A stretch of 64,000 nucleotides of DNA, taken from NCBI RefSeq assembly GCF_056746865.1, contig NZ_CM163382.1; one strand, given 5' to 3'. Made by a program: the position numbers and the translations under genes. Positions 1 through 9,675 of the stretch are shown piece after piece; positions within the stretch are counted from its first letter, which is position 1; each line of letters opens with the position of its first letter. Under the pieces are notes generated by a model, which was not told the origin of the DNA, did no database searches, and saw only the letters and a program-made list of their open reading frames with translations.

Positions 1-19
1 CCGGATGTCAGACATCCGG
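1..19 (-). terminator. Stem-loop 9 nt downstream of the yhjG stop, cut by the window edge
   Basis: Inverted repeat ccggatgtc-a-gacatccgg at 1-19. No U-run can be seen because the window ends here. Confidence 0.35.
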
Positions 20-28
20 CAATTATCA

Positions 29-2089
29 TCACTTCTTCATCTGCGACAATATCGTCCGACACTGATTAGCCTCCCCTTCGGAAGGTGAGATCAGCGCCAG
101 TAACGCCGCCGCTGGCGTAACCAGCGTTGCCAGTGCCGCCGCAACGGCTCCGCGAGCAATCAACGGCCCGGCTTTCACCCCAGCCTGCGGATTTTTAAAC
201 GTCCCACGCACATACAGCGGCGAACGCAGTGTGATAATCCGAATTCCTTTACTCTCCGGATCAATAGTCAAATCCAGCTGTTCCGAAGCAAAACTTGCCG
301 TGCCGGTAATGTTAATCAACGCGTTCTCAGTATCGAAAGCAAAAATCTGCGGACGCGCCACGCCGTTGGCAATATCCAGATTCGCCGCCGCACAGTTCAC
401 CCGCACCTCATCGTCACCAAATATCGCACCGACAATGTAGTTACCGACATTCAGCCCGACAATCTCCATCAGGTTGCGGCTCACCAGCCCGTCATTCATC
501 AGCAGTTTCAGGTTGCCGTTACTGTTGCCTAAAAGCGCCGCCACCGAGTTACCGCTACCGCGTAGTTCCGCGTCACCGTTCATTTCCCCCAGCGTCTTCT
601 GCATCAGTTCTACATCGGGCATCAGTTCTTTCAGTTTCAGCCGACGAGCCTGAATATCCGCCCGCCCCTGCATCGGTTTTTTATCGCCCTCCAGATGAAT
701 ATTCGCCGCAATGCTGCCGCCCGCCATGCCAAATTTCAGCGGTTGCAGGCGCAGGTCAGCATTTTTGAGGATGATATGAGTAGAAAGATCGCTAATCGGC
801 AGGCTACTGCCATGCTCAATGCGCCGCCCTTTGAAGCGAACATCGGCATCCATAACGTCCCATTTATCGGTTTCGAAGCGGTCATAAGGCAGCACTTTGC
901 CCGCAGGCTGAATGCTTTTTTCACCCTTCTTCTGTTCAGACCGTTTCGACTTTTCAGCTCCTTTCCCGGAATCAACGCCAATCAACGGTCCCAGGTCCGC
1001 CAGCCGCAATTGCCGCGACTCGACATCACCTTCTAGTTTTGGTCGTGGCTTGCCGGTGGTGTAGACCAGAGAACCGTGGATATCGCTATCGCCAATGCGC
1101 CCATTAAAACCGCGATAATCAAAGACCGACGATTTTTCAGTGTCGATTTTCGCTACCAGCCGACCATCCGTTTCAAACGGCGGGGTATCGGGCAGCAGAA
1201 CGCCCGTCAGTTCATAGAGATCACCCAGCGAATCGCCAGAAAATTTAAGCCGTAAATCGACACCACCCATCTTCATTGGGTCATTCACAACGCCATCAAA
1301 AGCAACACGGGTGTTACCAGAGCGGAAATCAGCCTGTACCGGAAACGGCGTCCCTTCGCCACGCAGCGCCAGCATACCGCCAATTTTCCCCTTACCCGCG
1401 AGCGGCTCTCCGTTATAACGTCCCTGCGCCTTCAGGCCAAAAACGTAATCGCCCACCTTTTCTTTATCCGCTTTACCTTTCGATCCAGTAACTTCGCTGA
1501 ACGGCAGCGGCTTGCCTAACGGATCGACAAAAATTTCCAGATCCGCTTTGCTTACTTTGTCATCAATGGCGATCCGCCCTTGATCGAACAGAATATTATC
1601 CAGCCGAAACGACCATGCCGACGGCTTTGCATTCGTGTCTTTGTTGTCATCGTTGGCGAGATTAAAGGTCCAGTTATTGTTCTTTTCAGAGAGGCGAATC
1701 AGGCGTGCGTCGGGCTTTTCCAGTTTGATCCACGGTAGCCAGACCGTTTTGGTCAGCAGCGCCAACGGTGCCAGCGTTGCCTCTACGCGTGGCAAATGCA
1801 CCATCGTGACTTCGGGAATATCCGGTGGATTGCCAAGAATGATGTCTTCCGCGTGTACATGGGGCCACGGCACCCAGCTGCGCCAGCCAGTTTCTTGTTT
1901 TTGTCGCTCCCACTCCACGCCCAGATCGCCACGGATAGCGAACGGACGATTCAGTTCAGTAGAGACTTTCTGGTTGATGGTCGGTTTAAGGCGATTCCAG
2001 TCAAAAGTTGCAATCAAAATGATCGCCACGACAATCAACAACAAGAAAGCCCCTGAAATCGCAGCGGTTATTTTGCCTGCCTTGCTCAT
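29..2089 (-). CDS. yhjG: AsmA-family outer-membrane assembly protein YhjG
   Basis: 691-aa ORF; ATG at 2087-2089 gives MSKAGKITAA... (686 aa) with an N-terminal transmembrane segment. Recognised as YhjG from the translation. Confidence 0.9.
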   Translation of the reverse strand: MSKAGKITAAISGAFLLLIVVAIILIATFDWNRLKPTINQKVSTELNRPFAIRGDLGVEWERQKQETGWRSWVPWPHVHAEDIILGNPPDIPEVTMVHLPRVEATLAPLALLTKTVWLPWIKLEKPDARLIRLSEKNNNWTFNLANDDNKDTNAKPSAWSFRLDNILFDQGRIAIDDKVSKADLEIFVDPLGKPLPFSEVTGSKGKADKEKVGDYVFGLKAQGRYNGEPLAGKGKIGGMLALRGEGTPFPVQADFRSGNTRVAFDGVVNDPMKMGGVDLRLKFSGDSLGDLYELTGVLLPDTPPFETDGRLVAKIDTEKSSVFDYRGFNGRIGDSDIHGSLVYTTGKPRPKLEGDVESRQLRLADLGPLIGVDSGKGAEKSKRSEQKKGEKSIQPAGKVLPYDRFETDKWDVMDADVRFKGRRIEHGSSLPISDLSTHIILKNADLRLQPLKFGMAGGSIAANIHLEGDKKPMQGRADIQARRLKLKELMPDVELMQKTLGEMNGDAELRGSGNSVAALLGNSNGNLKLLMNDGLVSRNLMEIVGLNVGNYIVGAIFGDDEVRVNCAAANLDIANGVARPQIFAFDTENALINITGTASFASEQLDLTIDPESKGIRIITLRSPLYVRGTFKNPQAGVKAGPLIARGAVAAALATLVTPAAALLALISPSEGEANQCRTILSQMKK

Positions 2090-2158
2090 CGTTCGCTTCC
2101 TCATATTCTTCCTGTGCCAGTCCTAAAGATAGTCCAGCCAGGCGGAAAATGAGGCAGC

Positions 2159-2926
2159 TTATAGCGCCAGAACCGCCGTATTCAGCGTTTCTATCGGTGC
2201 CGGGCGTGAAAGAAACCAGCCTTGTGCGGCGAATGCGGGCGAGTTCTGAACATCACGCCACTCTTCCGGCGTTTCTACGCCCTCGACGATCACCCCGCGA
2301 CAATAGCGATTCATGAGATGTAAAAGCTGAGAAAAGAGTGTGCGTCCTTCCGGCGACTGACGCAGCATCACAAACAGCTCTCGCGCGATTTTGATGTAGT
2401 CATAACGCACTTCACTTAGCGCAGAGAAATTTGCCATCCCGGTGCCAAAATCATCCAGCCACAGCGGGCCAAATTCACACATCGAGGCAAAGGTTGAATC
2501 TTTCGGCAGACGGATGTGTTCCACCAGTTCGAAACGCAGCCAGGGAAGACGCTCAATCTGGCGCAGGATTTTTGGTTGCTGACGCAGGGCGATGAGCGTA
2601 GGGCCATCAATATTGACCGATGCCAGCAGGTCGTGCTCTACAAAGAAGTCGGCTTTTTGCGCCAGCAAATCAATCTGCTCTTTCACAACCTCCATCCGAT
2701 AGCTGACGGTGATTTCAGTAAAATAGCGATCCGGCGGCAGGCGTTGCGAAGGGTTCAAGGGATGCGTGACCACCGTTAATAGCTCCACGGCCATTAACCG
2801 CCCGCATGTTTGATAGATCGGCTGCCAGGTGTAAGCACGCTCACACTGCAACCAAAAACGCCGTTCCTGCAAGCTCTCGATACTTGCTTCAGGGTTGCTT
2901 ATTCGCTGGATAACCTGCCTTATCAT
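2159..2926 (-). CDS. pdeH: c-di-GMP phosphodiesterase PdeH (EAL domain)
   Basis: ATG at 2924-2926 gives MIRQVIQRISNPEASIESLQERRFWLQCERAY... (255 aa). Confidence 0.9.
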   Translation of the reverse strand: MIRQVIQRISNPEASIESLQERRFWLQCERAYTWQPIYQTCGRLMAVELLTVVTHPLNPSQRLPPDRYFTEITVSYRMEVVKEQIDLLAQKADFFVEHDLLASVNIDGPTLIALRQQPKILRQIERLPWLRFELVEHIRLPKDSTFASMCEFGPLWLDDFGTGMANFSALSEVRYDYIKIARELFVMLRQSPEGRTLFSQLLHLMNRYCRGVIVEGVETPEEWRDVQNSPAFAAQGWFLSRPAPIETLNTAVLAL

Positions 2927-3157
2927 CAAAGATGTCCTGTGTTTAAAAGTGATGCTGCCCGGACTCGACAAAGATTATCGGCGCGCAAGGGCAGAACTTT
3001 ACCGCCTGGCCGGGTTAAATTTCCCCACTCCACAACGGAATCTTTCAGGAATACGTTCTGGCTCAAAAAAATAATGGAACACTGTTTTAATATGGTTGAC
3101 CAGCAAACCACCACAGCGCAAACTAACGCTAATTTTTTACAGATCAGGTTCACGACT

Positions 3158-4087
3158 ATGTCCAAAAAGATTGCCGTGATTGGCGAATGCATGATTGAGC
3201 TTTCCGAGAAAGGCGCGGACGTTAAGCGCGGTTTCGGCGGCGATACCCTGAACACCTCCGTCTATATCGCCCGTCAGGTCGATCCTGCGGCATTAACCGT
3301 TCATTACGTAACGGCGCTGGGAACGGACAGTTTTAGCCAGCAAATGCTGGACGCCTGGCACGGCGAGAACGTTGATACTTCCCTGACCCAACGGATGGAA
3401 AACCGTCTTCCGGGCCTTTACTACATTGAAACCGACAGCACCGGCGAACGTACGTTCTACTACTGGCGTAACGAAGCCGCCGCCAAATTCTGGCTGGAGA
3501 GCGAGCAGTCTGCGGCGATTTGCGAAGAGCTGGCGAATTTCGATTATCTCTACCTGAGCGGGATTAGCCTGGCGATCTTAAGCCCGACCAGCCGCGAGAA
3601 ACTGCTTTCTTTGTTGCGCGAATGCCGCGCCAACGGCGGAAAAGTAATTTTCGACAATAACTATCGTCCGCGCCTGTGGGCCAGCAAAGAAGAGACACAG
3701 CAGGTGTACCAGCAAATGCTGGAATGCACGGATATCGCCTTCCTGACGCTGGACGACGAAGACGCGCTATGGGGTCAACAGCCGGTGGAAGACGTCATTG
3801 CGCGCACCCATAACGCGGGCGTGAAAGAAGTGGTGGTGAAACGCGGGGCGGATTCTTGCCTGGTGTCCATTGCTGGCGAAGGGTTAGTGGATGTTCCGGC
3901 GGTGAAACTGCCGAAAGAAAAAGTGATCGATACCACCGCAGCTGGCGACTCTTTCAGTGCCGGTTATCTGGCGGTACGTTTGACGGGCGGCAGTGCGGAA
4001 AACGCGGCGAAACGCGGGCACCTGACCGCAAGTACCGTTATTCAGTATCGCGGCGCGATTATCCCGCGTGAGGCAATGCCGGAATAA
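3158..4087 (+). CDS. kdgK: 2-dehydro-3-deoxygluconokinase
   Basis: ATG at 3158 gives MSKKIAVIGECMIELSEKGADVKRGFGGDTLNTSVYIARQ..., a PfkB-family sugar kinase of 309 aa. The upstream part of the 425-aa track ORF is a non-coding extension. Confidence 0.93.
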   Translation: MSKKIAVIGECMIELSEKGADVKRGFGGDTLNTSVYIARQVDPAALTVHYVTALGTDSFSQQMLDAWHGENVDTSLTQRMENRLPGLYYIETDSTGERTFYYWRNEAAAKFWLESEQSAAICEELANFDYLYLSGISLAILSPTSREKLLSLLRECRANGGKVIFDNNYRPRLWASKEETQQVYQQMLECTDIAFLTLDDEDALWGQQPVEDVIARTHNAGVKEVVVKRGADSCLVSIAGEGLVDVPAVKLPKEKVIDTTAAGDSFSAGYLAVRLTGGSAENAAKRGHLTASTVIQYRGAIIPREAMPE

Positions 4088-4643
4088 TGGTTTTTGACGG
4101 AGAACGGGTAGATATTCGTTCTCCGTTAATCGCCTTGCAGGGGTGAACCGAACTATGCTGATAATTTGAAGTAAACTGCTGACGCATATCATTCAAACTA
4201 CGCGTAAATTTAAGCGGGTTCTCACCTTTAATTTCGACCGTGACGAAGACATTCCCATTGTTGTTAAAGAAGCCAAAATAATAGTCATGTTGATGACGAC
4301 GATTGGTTTTAAATTGACGAAATGATAAATAGCAGCGGTTATCGTAGGTAATTAAAAAATCATTTTCTCCGTATTCGTTTATCATCTTATTTTTCAGGCT
4401 ACCATCGAAGAGCACTGCATACTTATCTTTGTCAGCAAATAATTCGGCATCAGTTTCTCGGTTGATCGTGTTGACGCTGATACCGAATTCTATTTTTACC
4501 TTGTCTTTATCGATATTATTTCTTGTGCTGACATACATATTATTGGCATCCCAGAGTAAGAGAAAGTTTTTGTTGCAGGAATAAAGACCTGTTAAGCAAA
4601 GAATGACTGTTAGCAAGAATAGTATGCGTTTTTTGTTACGCAT
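4059..4643 (-). CDS. Hypothetical secreted protein or lipoprotein (insert gene A); C-terminus reads through the junction into core DNA
   Basis: ATG at 4641-4643 with AGGAG 5 nt upstream. N-terminus MRNKKRILFLLTVILCLTGLYSC is signal-peptide-like with a Cys after the hydrophobic core. The last ~24 codons (4059-4130) lie in the kdgK hairpin and kdgK 3' end. Confidence 0.55.
   Translation of the reverse strand: MRNKKRILFLLTVILCLTGLYSCNKNFLLLWDANNMYVSTRNNIDKDKVKIEFGISVNTINRETDAELFADKDKYAVLFDGSLKNKMINEYGENDFLITYDNRCYLSFRQFKTNRRHQHDYYFGFFNNNGNVFVTVEIKGENPLKFTRSLNDMRQQFTSNYQHSSVHPCKAINGERISTRSPSKTIIPALPHAG
4097..4126. terminator. Stem-loop just 3' of kdgK
   Basis: acggagaacg-ggtagatatt-cgttctccgt, a 10-bp stem preceded by T5 at 4091-4095. 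Not a canonical hairpin-plus-U-run on either strand. Confidence 0.4.
4123..4130. repeat. Left copy of the 8-bp direct repeat CCGTTAAT flanking the AT-rich insert
   Basis: Exact 8-mer at 4123-4130, identical to 6447-6454. Confidence 0.5.
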
Positions 4644-4704
4644 TTATACTCCTGAAAATGCGTTGAGGTCGCAAATATAATTAAATAGTCTGACATAAAT
4701 AAAA

Positions 4705-5025
4705 TTAATTCCCTATCAATAATACATCTGCGACTTTTCTTGGTCCTTCGTAGATCTCAAATGCCTCGTACTTAGTCATCCATTGTTCAGGGGCGGTATC
4801 GAAAAGGAACTGAACGCACCCCATTGAAACGATACGTCCATCGGTTACATTAGGTTTTTCCAATTCAAAAACAACGCTCCATGCATTATTTTGCCAGTCA
4901 GTTTTCTCCTCTGGAAACCTGGAGACGGGATAATATCTACCGATAGGAGGTGCGCTCCTTCTGCCACCTTCATTTTCTGTAAGCCAAACAACCTTTACAC
5001 GATACATATGTTTCCATTCATTCAT
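4705..5025 (-). CDS. Hypothetical protein (insert gene B), 106 aa
   Basis: ATG at 5023-5025 sits 3 nt after the stop of gene C (TAA-tta-ATG). An alternative ATG (MYRVKVVW...) lies 6 codons in. No family recognised. Confidence 0.5.
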   Translation of the reverse strand: MNEWKHMYRVKVVWLTENEGGRRSAPPIGRYYPVSRFPEEKTDWQNNAWSVVFELEKPNVTDGRIVSMGCVQFLFDTAPEQWMTKYEAFEIYEGPRKVADVLLIGN

Positions 5026-5028
5026 TAA

Positions 5029-5508
5029 TTAAATTAAGTGTGAATTATATAATATTGCCACCCCATGCGATCTTTCCCATTTTAGTCCATCAACTAATAA
5101 TGATAGAAAAGAATACTGGAAGCTTATATTTTTAATCACTTCTATTTTTTCATCATCTAATGACAAGATTACCCACCCCCCGTAATTTTTGCTAACCAGG
5201 TTGTTAATAAATTTAATTATAGGATTGGTTGAAATATCCTTTCCTTTATTCACAGCCATTTCCAGGTCATCGACTAAAGAACCATTGAAGTTGTAAACAT
5301 GATATTCATTAAAGTCTATGTGCTCATCTAAAGGTGGGCCATAAGTAATCGGTAGATTGCATCTCTGCAAAAGATGATGATTACACCAGGCGTATACCGG
5401 AGGGTCGCGATGAAAGGTTTCCCCACCCCAGTGAACCATAACCTCTTGTAGATCTAGTTCCTCTGGAGCGAATCGTGTAGGGAGTAAAATATCCAAGTGA
5501 AAATCCAT
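5029..5508 (-). CDS. Hypothetical protein (insert gene C), 159 aa
   Basis: ATG at 5506-5508 preceded by AGGA with a 6-nt spacer. Long ORF in AT-rich DNA. No family recognised. Confidence 0.55.
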   Translation of the reverse strand: MDFHLDILLPTRFAPEELDLQEVMVHWGGETFHRDPPVYAWCNHHLLQRCNLPITYGPPLDEHIDFNEYHVYNFNGSLVDDLEMAVNKGKDISTNPIIKFINNLVSKNYGGWVILSLDDEKIEVIKNISFQYSFLSLLVDGLKWERSHGVAILYNSHLI

Positions 5509-5607
5509 AGCCTATCCTAAATTTGGCACCCATAACATAAACTGTGTAAGAATCAACGACTGCCCCCCCAAAAATGGGAAAATTTACTTATTATGCAAAG
5601 TTACTTA

Positions 5608-5862
5608 TTAAGAAGCCCATTCCTCATTTTTTGGCAAATAGCCCTTTCGCCAACAGGTCAGAATCTTAAAACTCGCTCGCAAATAAAATTTATTAGCCGA
5701 ATCGTTTTTAACCATTCTGACTAATGTCATCTCACCCGTTCTTTTATCTATCACGAACTCGCCGTAATCAGATCTACAATAGTCAGAAGATGTAGGTCCA
5801 AATTCATATTTTACTACTTTATCAGTTTCTTCAATTTTCAATATTTCTATATGATAGGCCAT
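5608..5862 (-). CDS. Hypothetical protein (insert gene D), 84 aa
   Basis: ATG at 5860-5862 overlaps the TAA stop of gene E by 1 nt (TAATG). No family recognised. Confidence 0.5.
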   Translation of the reverse strand: MAYHIEILKIEETDKVVKYEFGPTSSDYCRSDYGEFVIDKRTGEMTLVRMVKNDSANKFYLRASFKILTCWRKGYLPKNEEWAS

Positions 5863-6287
5863 TATTTAACACCATCTATTGCCTGGCATCGTATACAGCT
5901 AAAACCAGTAGCTAAAATCTCAACATAACTATCATAACCTGCTATAATATAATGTTTTAACTTTAACCGTTTTTTAGGGTCATATAATCTCTCTTTTTCT
6001 TCAAGCGGTACAGAATTCATTACTTGATATATACCGGAGTCCAGATTTTCACCATCAACCTTCTTAATAACAATATTGTTATAGTTGGCTTCATGAAAAT
6101 TGACGGTAGCACACTTAACTTCAGCAACTGTAGTGAAGACCAGTTCAATTTGAACATAATCTTTCTCTGTTGATATTAACTCCAGAGCATCTACTTTAAT
6201 GTTGACGCCATCAGACTCTGTATATGTTAAAGATAAATAAGTTGTGGAAATCCTGAATCCAATCGATTGTGATTTTAACACAAGCAT
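5862..6287 (-). CDS. Hypothetical protein (insert gene E), about 141 aa
   Basis: The track ORF begins at a GTG (6311). The in-frame ATG at 6285-6287 (MLVLKSQSIGFRISTT...) has AGGAG 8 nt upstream and is taken as the start. A CxxC motif sits near the C-terminus. Confidence 0.55.
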   Translation of the reverse strand: MLVLKSQSIGFRISTTYLSLTYTESDGVNIKVDALELISTEKDYVQIELVFTTVAEVKCATVNFHEANYNNIVIKKVDGENLDSGIYQVMNSVPLEEKERLYDPKKRLKLKHYIIAGYDSYVEILATGFSCIRCQAIDGVK

Positions 6288-6446
6288 AAACTCACTCCTT
6301 CCAGTAGGCACAGGTATAATTTATTCAGCTAATAAATAATTAAACCCACTCTACGGTAAGTTTATTTTAATAATGAATGGTTATCTGCGCGCTACCGCCG
6401 TGCCCGGAAAAATATCTGCGGTTATATCACGGTAACTAATTTATTA
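6288..6446 (-). promoter_or_regulatory. AT-rich 5' region of the insert operon; putative promoter or operator
   Basis: Lies between the yhjJ-proximal hairpin and gene E. Contains inverted repeat GGTAA-N8-TTACC and two copies of CGCAGATA about 25 bp apart. No confident -35/-10 assignment. Confidence 0.35.
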
Positions 6447-6454
6447 CCGTTAAT
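6447..6454. repeat. Right copy of the 8-bp direct repeat CCGTTAAT
   Basis: Exact match to 4123-4130. Confidence 0.5.
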
Positions 6455-6483
6455 CCCGGCAGCGCAGAAGAAACGCTGCCGGG
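6455..6483. terminator. Stem-loop 3' of yhjJ
   Basis: cccggcagcg-cagaagaaa-cgctgccggg, a 10-bp stem. On the plus strand it is followed by ttatttatta. Confidence 0.5.
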
Positions 6484-6490
6484 TTATTTA

Positions 6491-7987
6491 TTACTGTGCG
6501 GGTGGAATATCCGTCACTTCAGGATGAACGTCATCCGTGGCGACAGAGGTGGTCGCAGCGGCAGTAGATGGGGTCATGATTTGATCCCAGGCCGCCTGCA
6601 ACGCTTTCATGTTAAATTCCGGCTCGCCTTTCGGCTGCAGCAGTATTAACGCCATATCGTTCGACAACTGCTGACGCAGATCCTGATTTAACATCTCCAC
6701 CGTCAGGCTGTTAAGGAAGTCCTGGCGCAGTTTCTGATATTGCTCCGGCGCGATATCAACGACCTGATTTTGCAACGAACGCATCCGCTGACCCATCAGA
6801 ATATCGGTATCAGCTCGCGCATAGGCGGCAAACAGTTTCTGCAGCTCCAGTTTCTTTTGCGCCACTAACGCATTGAACTCTTCTTCCGGCAGACCTTTAT
6901 CGCGAACCTTCGCCAGTTCACGCGCCACCAGATTAAGGTTGCTGCTCAGCTTGTCGTTTGGTGATTCGATGTTAATGGCACACTGCGCACGCAGATACAG
7001 CACACGACAGTCAAATCCAAGACCGATATCTTTGCTGTTACTGGCGCTTAACGCTTGCTGAACATGCCAGAACAGCGCCTCACGGGCCAGGTCCGCACGC
7101 CAGTAGCGCAGCAGTGCGGCTGATTCACGAATCGGCTGCCACGGCGTATCCCACATGATGGATAACCGATCCTGACGCACCGCGTCAGTCATAATACTCA
7201 CCGCTTCCGCACGCAGCGGAGAAAGCGTCGGCACCGGAGCCGGTGTTTCACGTTTGCCTTTCAGTTCGCCAAACGTTTTATTGATTTGGTCGACGACCGA
7301 GCGCGCATCCACGTTTCCCACCACCAGCAGCGTCATTGCATCCGGGGTGTACCATTTCTGATAGAAATCTTTAATCTTTTCCGCTTCAACGGGTTGTTTC
7401 AGCGGATCGGCAGGATCGTGACCTAACAAGGTTGATCCTTTCAGACGATAGCGCCACCAGCCCTCTTTAGTATCGGCAGGCCAGGTTGCCACCATGTCCT
7501 GACTTTGCAGCGCGTGGTTGATGGTTTCTGGCGTGATAGTCAGTTTGCCAGTGGCATTTGCCAGATAAGAGAGCGCTTCTTTTAGCAAGTCGTTACGGTT
7601 ATTGGGCAAACTCAGATTAAACAGCGTGGTGTCATAAGAGACAATTACCGGCGGCATCGGGCGTTTAGGGTCGATCCCCTGCTGCCACAATGAACGCGCC
7701 TGTGCTGCTTCAAGGCCACCGCTTTGCGTTAACGCAATACGAGGGATGGCGTGGCTGTAACCGCTCTGTTGTGTACTTTCGGCGAGCGAACCGGTATTAA
7801 CCAGCAGGCGAATTTCAACACGATCGCTGGGACGCTGGGGCGTGGTCAGCACTTGCCACTGTAAACCGTTGGAAAGCGTCCCCTGTTGCCATGCTGGATC
7901 AGGCTGGAGCGCATCTGCCTGCACATAGCCAGCAGTGGCCATCATCAGCAAACCGCCCGCTAAAAGTCGAATTTTTGTGCCCTGCAT
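6491..7987 (-). CDS. yhjJ: M16-family peptidase-like protein YhjJ
   Basis: 498-aa ORF MQGTKIRLLAGGLLMMATAGYVQADALQPDPAWQQG... with a signal peptide. Confidence 0.9.
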   Translation of the reverse strand: MQGTKIRLLAGGLLMMATAGYVQADALQPDPAWQQGTLSNGLQWQVLTTPQRPSDRVEIRLLVNTGSLAESTQQSGYSHAIPRIALTQSGGLEAAQARSLWQQGIDPKRPMPPVIVSYDTTLFNLSLPNNRNDLLKEALSYLANATGKLTITPETINHALQSQDMVATWPADTKEGWWRYRLKGSTLLGHDPADPLKQPVEAEKIKDFYQKWYTPDAMTLLVVGNVDARSVVDQINKTFGELKGKRETPAPVPTLSPLRAEAVSIMTDAVRQDRLSIMWDTPWQPIRESAALLRYWRADLAREALFWHVQQALSASNSKDIGLGFDCRVLYLRAQCAINIESPNDKLSSNLNLVARELAKVRDKGLPEEEFNALVAQKKLELQKLFAAYARADTDILMGQRMRSLQNQVVDIAPEQYQKLRQDFLNSLTVEMLNQDLRQQLSNDMALILLQPKGEPEFNMKALQAAWDQIMTPSTAAATTSVATDDVHPEVTDIPPAQ

Positions 7988-8160
7988 GTGAACCCCTGAT
8001 CAACTATCCTGGTAATAAAAAACTGCCCGTTGTCGGTCAGTCTAAATGACGTTAAAAACACTTCGTGTTAGACCGCAAGAACATGAAAATGTCACGGAAG
8101 AAGTGAAATAAACCTGAACTCACCCAGGTGGTAAGTTCAGGCACAGGGGTCAATTATGCG

Positions 8161-8186
8161 CAAACACCCGCACTCGGGGAAGGGAG
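8161..8186 (-). terminator. dctA terminator hairpin
   Basis: cccgcact-cggggaaggg-agtgcggg about 20 nt downstream of the dctA stop. Confidence 0.45.
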
Positions 8187-8206
8187 TGCGGGCATAAGTG
8201 GTGAGA

Positions 8207-9529
<1,323 letters not shown>

Positions 9530-9675
9530 TTATGGGGTACCTGCGGCCTTAAAATAACACCCAGACAACATCACAGAAATGTACCTGGATCATAATTGAA
9601 ACAAAAAGGTTAAAAAGTTTGAGCTGGCTCGCACAAACCAGCACTTTTTAAAGTTTTGTAATCAGTTTGGGGTAG

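Larger units (their letters stand above)
4131..6446 (-). other. About 2.3-kb AT-rich accessory insertion carrying a five-gene minus-strand operon of unknown function
   Basis: Base composition is visibly more AT-rich than the flanking core genes (by eye, not computed). Five ORFs all lie on the minus strand with none of 60 aa or more on the plus strand. It is bracketed by the kdgK and yhjJ stem-loops and by the CCGTTAAT direct repeat. As I recall K-12, kdgK and yhjJ are adjacent there. Confidence 0.7.

Noticed and set aside
2810-3157. N-terminal extension of the kdgK track ORF (425 aa versus 309 aa)
   Set aside because: The extension overlaps the divergent pdeH promoter region and start. The conserved kinase N-terminus begins at the ATG at 3158.
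4131-6446. Prophage or integrative element interpretation of the insert
   Set aside because: No integrase, recombinase, tRNA attachment site or phage structural genes. The insert is only 2.3 kb, so it is treated as a small cassette of unknown function.
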